DNA of 22,790 nucleotides from an uncultured Lachnospiraceae bacterium (GTDB lineage Bacteria; Bacillota; Clostridia; Lachnospirales; Lachnospiraceae): NCBI GenBank assembly GCA_947383945.1, contig CANDFH010000005.1, positions 1 to 22,790 of the forward strand, read 5' to 3'. Shown piece by piece: positions 17,807 to 22,790 of this stretch (position 1 is its first letter; each line of letters starts with the position of its first letter). The notes under the pieces were generated by a model. It saw only the letters and a program-made list of their open reading frames with translations, ran no database searches and was not told where the DNA came from. The position numbers and the translations under genes were made by a program.

Positions 17807-18829
17807 CTACTTCCGCGCTTGTAAAAATTTCTCTTCCAGCTTGCGGTACTGTTTTGCATCTTCTATATTGCCAAGCTGTTCATGACATTCTGCCAGCCTT
17901 CCAGCTGGACGACTGCCGCTCATTGTCAAATTTAAATCGGGTTCTGTCTCATAAATCGCATTATAGTACCAAATTAATGCCTCATAAATATTGTTTTTCG
18001 AACGATAATATTCTCCCAGCTCAAAACATATTTCGGAGGATGCTTTTTCCAATGCGACATTTTTTAAAGCGCACTGAAAAAAGAGTTCTGTGTCTCCGAC
18101 AATACGAGCGCTATGTGCAAGCACGCACAGCGATTGTTTCAGTATCGTCTCATCGGATGTCTGTTCCAGTTTCTTTTTAAAAAACGGCATTGCCTGCTCG
18201 AAATCCCGCTCTGTGCCGGATATCATCAACTCCCTTGCATACATGCCTGTCAGATGTTTTGACAAGTCTCCATCGCGCCAGACCGCCTTTAAAAACATGG
18301 AGAAATCCCGCTCTGAATGTGCAGATACTGGAACATGCTTCACCCGGATATCTGTGTCAAGAATCACCGGTTCAAGCCGCACCATCTCATGTACTGCACC
18401 TTGCCATTTAAATTCTCTGATTCTGCGGTAAAGTTTTGGCCGCAGCTCTTCATCATAATTATAGGTAGTTCCAAATTCGAGCTGATTTGTATATAACATT
18501 TGAACAATCTCCACGGATGGATCAAGTGTTCTTTTCAGATGCAAAAATCGTTCATGTTCCGCATATTCTAACACCTCGTCCGCATCAGCCACATAAATAT
18601 ATTGCATACTTGCTTTTTGAAAAGAAAAGTTCCTCGCTGCGGAAAAATCATCAATCCACTCAAAGTCATACACCTTGTCCGTATATTCCAGCGCAATCTC
18701 CTTTGTGGCATCTGTAGAACCAGTATCAACAATAATAATCTCTTCTGCAAGCCCCTTTAAACTTTCCAGACAGCGCGCAAGTACTTTTTCCTCATTTTTT
18801 ACTATCATGCAGATGCTAATTGTTACCAT
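17807..18829 (-). CDS. Family-2 glycosyltransferase (N-terminal GT-A domain with DxD) fused to an all-helical, possibly TPR-like C-terminal region
   Basis: The N-terminus MVTISICMIVKNEEKVLARCLESL...IVDTGSTDAT...VADADEVL gives the GT2 signature. The call for the C-terminal half as TPR-like is tentative. GGGAGGAG ribosome-binding site. Confidence 0.75.
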   Translation of the reverse strand: MVTISICMIVKNEEKVLARCLESLKGLAEEIIIVDTGSTDATKEIALEYTDKVYDFEWIDDFSAARNFSFQKASMQYIYVADADEVLEYAEHERFLHLKRTLDPSVEIVQMLYTNQLEFGTTYNYDEELRPKLYRRIREFKWQGAVHEMVRLEPVILDTDIRVKHVPVSAHSERDFSMFLKAVWRDGDLSKHLTGMYARELMISGTERDFEQAMPFFKKKLEQTSDETILKQSLCVLAHSARIVGDTELFFQCALKNVALEKASSEICFELGEYYRSKNNIYEALIWYYNAIYETEPDLNLTMSGSRPAGRLAECHEQLGNIEDAKQYRKLEEKFLQARK

Positions 18830-18922
18830 TGTGCTCCTCCCGCTACTGAAAAACTATAAAGATATTTCCAATTTTATCACGAAAACAACAAAACTCAAAA
18901 AAATAATCCGTAATTTTTAACA

Positions 18923-18953
18923 ATCCAGCCTTGCACTGTATGACAAAGGCTGG
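18923..18953. terminator. Hairpin downstream of the LRR gene pair; possible terminator
   Basis: 9-bp stem TCCAGCCTT/AAGGCTGGA with a 13-nt loop. The U-tract is weak. Confidence 0.35.
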
Positions 18954-19011
18954 ACTGTTATTGTGTTTTTACTTTATTACTTATTAAATATTAGATCTGT
19001 GAGCTGCTATA

Positions 19012-20418
19012 TCAATAAACAGAATATGGAATCTCCTCGTCCTCTGCAAACTCATGTCCCGCAGAATTTCTCTTGACACGCAGTTTCAAAGACTCGTTGC
19101 AGTTATCAAAAACGCCTGAGCCAATATCCTCAACTGAGGATGGAATTGTCGCGCTCTTTAACAATTCACAGCTGTCAAACGCTCCGCTTCCAAGATACTC
19201 TAAGGAAGTTGGCAGAGATACGGTTGTCAGTTTAAGGCAGCCTGAAAATGCATAATCATCCAAATACTCAAGCCCGGACTTCAGTGTAAGGGTTGCAAGT
19301 TTTTCACAGTATTCAAATGCACTTGTTCCTATTGTCTTTACTGTTGATGGAATCGAGACAGAGGCAAGAGATACACACTCATAAAACGCCTCGTCGCCAA
19401 TCGCCTTCACAGAGCCAAGTTCTACGGTCTTTAAAGCACTGCATCCAGAAAACGTGCCTGACAGCAATTCTTCAATGCCCTTCGGCAGACTAACCTGCGT
19501 CAATGATTCACAATATTCAAATGCACCCTCTCCAAGATACTTCAAACCTGACGGCAGTTCAATCTGCATTAAAGAACTGCAGGAACCAAATGCATAATCG
19601 CCGATGCTTGTAACTGTGGACGGAATCTTGACTGTCTTTAAATCAGAAAGCCCCTCAAACGCGCCGTCTCCGATTGCTGTAACTTTGTAATTTGCAAACG
19701 AATTTGGAATAATCAGCGAAGTCACAGTCGAATCATAAACTTCCGTGATAATAACGCCTCCATCTTCCACATCATAGCCAAACAGCTCGTCTTCTGGAAG
19801 CTCTTCTTCCTCCTCTTCCTCCTGCGGCGGTGCTACAACGCTGATTGTTGCAGTGCTGGTCTTTCCGCTTGTCGCATCCTTAAACGTTACCTTTACGGTA
19901 CCTTCCTTCTTCGCGGTAAGTATTTTGGTCTTTTCATTGATTGTAGCAACCGTTTTGTCCGATACAGTCCAAGTCTCTGACACATCCTTCAAGCCGTAAG
20001 TTTTTCCAACCATCTGAAATGTTTCACCGACTGTCAGAGTCTCTGGTTTGCTTGTGATTTTTACATAAGGATTGCTCACTGTAACAGCAATTTTATAAGT
20101 GTAGGTCTTGCTTGACTGCTTAATCGAAACTGTGACTGTCGCGCTTCCTTTTGCAACTGGCTTGATCGTGCCGGTGGTTGTCACTTTTGCAATTTTTGTA
20201 TCTGAACTTTTATAAGTTACCTTACTGGAAGTTGCCAGATCTTTAAATTTGATCTTATAACTGTCCCCGCCGACATACAATGTCTTTTTTGTCACTGTAA
20301 CCGTCGGCACTGTGGCGGCATCCACCATTCCAGATGGTATTATATGCACTGCTGCCAATACAAAAAGCATCAAAAATACGGTCACTTTTTTCTTCCAGCT
20401 CCCATAGATACGATCCAT
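19012..20418 (-). CDS. Secreted or cell-surface protein: signal peptide, two Big_2-type Ig-like domains, poly-Glu linker, C-terminal BspA-type leucine-rich repeats
   Basis: The start was moved to ATG at 20418 (MDRIYGSWKKKVTVFLMLFVLAAV..., preceded by AAAGAGGAA). The beta-rich T/K/V segments resemble Big_2 domains. A run of seven Glu (EEEEEEE) forms the linker. Repeats of the pattern tSIGdyAFegCssLtsv.IPssv match BspA-type LRRs (LRR_5-like). Confidence 0.85.
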   Translation of the reverse strand: MDRIYGSWKKKVTVFLMLFVLAAVHIIPSGMVDAATVPTVTVTKKTLYVGGDSYKIKFKDLATSSKVTYKSSDTKIAKVTTTGTIKPVAKGSATVTVSIKQSSKTYTYKIAVTVSNPYVKITSKPETLTVGETFQMVGKTYGLKDVSETWTVSDKTVATINEKTKILTAKKEGTVKVTFKDATSGKTSTATISVVAPPQEEEEEEELPEDELFGYDVEDGGVIITEVYDSTVTSLIIPNSFANYKVTAIGDGAFEGLSDLKTVKIPSTVTSIGDYAFGSCSSLMQIELPSGLKYLGEGAFEYCESLTQVSLPKGIEELLSGTFSGCSALKTVELGSVKAIGDEAFYECVSLASVSIPSTVKTIGTSAFEYCEKLATLTLKSGLEYLDDYAFSGCLKLTTVSLPTSLEYLGSGAFDSCELLKSATIPSSVEDIGSGVFDNCNESLKLRVKRNSAGHEFAEDEEIPYSVY

Positions 20419-20471
20419 TGTATTCCTCTTTCTGCGCATTCTATGCGACTTGATCTCCAAAAAACAGCTCT

Positions 20472-21578
20472 TTACGGCATAATTACAATCTCATACTCGT
20501 AATCTTCCAGCTCTGATTCATAATACTCTGCTGATGTTTCCTTTACATAAACCTTTTCCATAGATTCACAATAATCAAAGATATTTTCACCGAGCGAAAC
20601 TTTCGTTTCTGGAAATGTGATGCTTTCCAATCCTGAATTGTAAAACGCCTGATTGCCTATGTAAGTCAAGCTCTCCGGCAAAGTAATGCTTTTTAAAGAT
20701 TCACACGCCCAAAAAGCTTCCTGCCCAATGGTGACAATTCCTTCTGGAATAACAACCTCTGACAGCGCATAGCAATTTGTGAACATTCCGTAGGAAATAT
20801 TTTTTAAAGATACCGGAATTTCTATGCGCTCCAGTGCTGTACAGTCAAAAAACAAATTTTCTCCTGTCGTTTCCAGCGTCTCTGGCAATTTGACATCCTC
20901 CAGTGCAGAACAGCCACAAAAAGCTTCTTCTCCAAGACTTTCCACACCCTCCGGCAAATGGATGCTCTCAAGCATCTCACATCCTGAAAATGCACTGTCT
21001 CCAATCACACGCGGACTTTTTCGGAATATAACCTCCACGAGATCCCCGCATCCCTGAAACGCTGTCTTGCCAATCACTTCGATATTTCTTCCAATCTCCA
21101 CGGATGTAAGATCGTAAAAGTATGCAAAAACATCTTCCTCAATCTCCGTAACCCGATATGTTTTTCCTTCATATTCAAGTTCGTCCGGTATCACAAGCTT
21201 TGTCATTTCAATATCGTAGTAATCCACGATTGACATTGTATCGTCCCCGGTAATCTCATAATTGACCCCGCCATAAGACAAAAGCCCTGTTATCTCATCC
21301 TGCACTGCTACTCCTTTTTCATTTTCGTTTTCCGTAATTACACCTCCTTGTTCAATATCGTCCTTCCCCTGTGTCGGAGCGTCCGGCGGCACCACGCCAG
21401 GCTCATCTGTCACGGATGGGGAAGGAGTTGTAAGCTCCTCCGCTGCTTGTGTTACCTGCGGCTCCTGCGTATTGCTTGGACTTGGCATAATCTCATCACC
21501 ATCTTTATTGCCGCAGGCAGCCAGCAGCAAAAAACCTGCTGTAACCATCCCTTTTTTCCAATATTTTCTTTGAATCAT
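20472..21578 (-). CDS. Lipoprotein with BspA-type leucine-rich repeats (LRR_5-like)
   Basis: Lipobox LLLAAC-G after a basic N-terminus. A P/T/E-rich linker follows. Then repeated ..IG..AF..C..L..v.lPe.. units. GGAGG ribosome-binding site. A paralogue of the downstream gene. Confidence 0.85.
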   Translation of the reverse strand: MIQRKYWKKGMVTAGFLLLAACGNKDGDEIMPSPSNTQEPQVTQAAEELTTPSPSVTDEPGVVPPDAPTQGKDDIEQGGVITENENEKGVAVQDEITGLLSYGGVNYEITGDDTMSIVDYYDIEMTKLVIPDELEYEGKTYRVTEIEEDVFAYFYDLTSVEIGRNIEVIGKTAFQGCGDLVEVIFRKSPRVIGDSAFSGCEMLESIHLPEGVESLGEEAFCGCSALEDVKLPETLETTGENLFFDCTALERIEIPVSLKNISYGMFTNCYALSEVVIPEGIVTIGQEAFWACESLKSITLPESLTYIGNQAFYNSGLESITFPETKVSLGENIFDYCESMEKVYVKETSAEYYESELEDYEYEIVIMP

Positions 21579-21774
21579 CTTACCTCCACATGAAATCCTT
21601 TGCTATCCATCCCGCACCTAAAGGAGTGGGCTTTTCGCACAATTTCTTGTAATTTATCAAACAATCTCTGTGTTTAGATAAGTATAACATCTTCTATAGA
21701 TTACTGCAACGATTTTCAATAAAATATAGAATTGCATATAGGTATATCGGCAAAATACAATGGTTTCTTTAGCC

Positions 21775-22790
21775 CTACGGGGTAAGTCGGTGAATGTCAC
21801 GCGGGAACAAAGTCGCTTGTCTGACATTTTCTCTGCCAAGCAGCCGTGCGGTAAAACGCTCCAATCCAAGTCCCAATCCGCCATGAGGCGGCATACCATA
21901 CTTGTGCATCATTAAGTAAGATTCAAAGCTTTCCTTATTTATATTACGCCGTTCCATTTTTTCCACTTGAGCTGTGTAATCATGTATCCTTTGCCCCCCG
22001 GTTGTCACCTCCAGTCCTCGAAACAAAAGGTCAAAACTCTGTGTTTCCGTTGGATTTCCTGGTGTTTCCATCGCATAAAACGGTCGTTTTGCAGAAGGAT
22101 AATGAGTCACAAATACAAATTCACACCCTGTTTGTTCCTGGATCAGCTCACAGAGCAGACGTTCCTCCTCCGGCTCAAAATCTTCTTTATCAGCAATTTT
22201 TCGTTTGTACTTTTCTGCGACAAGCTCTTTTGCATCCTGAAACCGCACAGTTGGAATATCCAAAACTTTTGGTATGCACACTTTCAAAAGTTCAAGTTCA
22301 TCTGGTACAGATTTTTTTAGCATCTCCATCGCATAAGCAATCATACCGGTCTCCATCGCCATAATTTCCTCAAAACTTTGAATATATCCCATCTCAAAAT
22401 CCACTCCGGTATACTCGTTTAAATGTCTTGAAGTATCATGTTTTTCCGCGCGAAACACCGGTCCAATCTCATACACTCTCTCAAACACTCCAACCATCAT
22501 CTGTTTATAAAACTGCGGGCTTTGCGCCAAATATGCCTGTCTTCCAAAATAGTCTAATTTAAAAATATTTGCTCCGCCCTCCGCGCCTTCGGAGACAAGT
22601 TTCGGCGTGTGGATCTCCGTAAAGCCCTGCTGCTCTAAAAAACTGCGAAACGCACGGCACAGACATGACTGAATGCGGAACACTGCGCGCTCCCTCTCGT
22701 TGCGCAGTGAGAGCGGGCGATAGTCAAACATATTCTCAAAGGAAGTGTTAATCTCTTTATTTCCAACCTGAAATGGCAGTTCTGCAGCAG
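21775..22790 (-). CDS. aspS: Aspartate--tRNA ligase, archaeal/type-2 form; catalytic core only, with the 5' end beyond the window
   Basis: Class II aaRS motifs: FRAE, and [35 protein letters not shown]. The QSPQFYKQ motif is characteristic of archaeal-type AspRS. The frame is open from 22731 to the window edge (…[13 protein letters not shown]…), so the anticodon-binding domain lies off-window. Confidence 0.8.
   Translation of the reverse strand, partial: AAELPFQVGNKEINTSFENMFDYRPLSLRNERERAVFRIQSCLCRAFRSFLEQQGFTEIHTPKLVSEGAEGGANIFKLDYFGRQAYLAQSPQFYKQMMVGVFERVYEIGPVFRAEKHDTSRHLNEYTGVDFEMGYIQSFEEIMAMETGMIAYAMEMLKKSVPDELELLKVCIPKVLDIPTVRFQDAKELVAEKYKRKIADKEDFEPEEERLLCELIQEQTGCEFVFVTHYPSAKRPFYAMETPGNPTETQSFDLLFRGLEVTTGGQRIHDYTAQVEKMERRNINKESFESYLMMHKYGMPPHGGLGLGLERFTARLLGRENVRQATLFPRDIHRLTP

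Noticed and set aside
1-22790. CRISPR arrays, tRNA or rRNA genes, transposases or integrases
   Set aside because: No regularly spaced repeat-spacer structure, no cloverleaf-like conserved tRNA segments, and no recombinase-like ORFs are visible in any frame.

Overview
This window is a low-GC Firmicutes (Clostridia-like) chromosomal segment. Its core is a conserved housekeeping block, all on the minus strand except pyrG: aspS (archaeal type, partial), a GT2-TPR glycosyltransferase, pyrG (plus), ftsH, uvrC, dnaE, pfkA and an ABC exporter. Several accessory-type modules sit around that block. (1) Two tandem BspA-like leucine-rich-repeat (LRR) surface proteins. (2) A blaI-family repressor operon whose BlaR1-like partner is a 129-aa membrane stub with no protease motif; an alternate frame of its last 37 codons stays open straight into the start of the next gene. 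(3) An ECF-type sigma factor translationally coupled to a 395-aa single-pass membrane protein, a putative anti-sigma factor or sensor. (4) At the left edge, a 496-bp AT-rich segment flanked by two 29-bp recombinase-type sites (11-bp inverted arms around an asymmetric 7-bp spacer) in inverted orientation. The segment carries a near-consensus sigma-A promoter and four copies of a GC-rich 12-mer. It lies between a divergently transcribed helicase gene with a ResIII-like N-terminus (off-window) and the sigma operon. I read this as a candidate invertible promoter switch (inverton). Other signals: a likely pyrG leader attenuator, several intrinsic terminators, a BlaI-type ACAnnTGT operator, direct repeats upstream of dnaE, and low-complexity insertions in UvrC and FtsH. 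No rRNA, tRNA, CRISPR array or transposase was seen.
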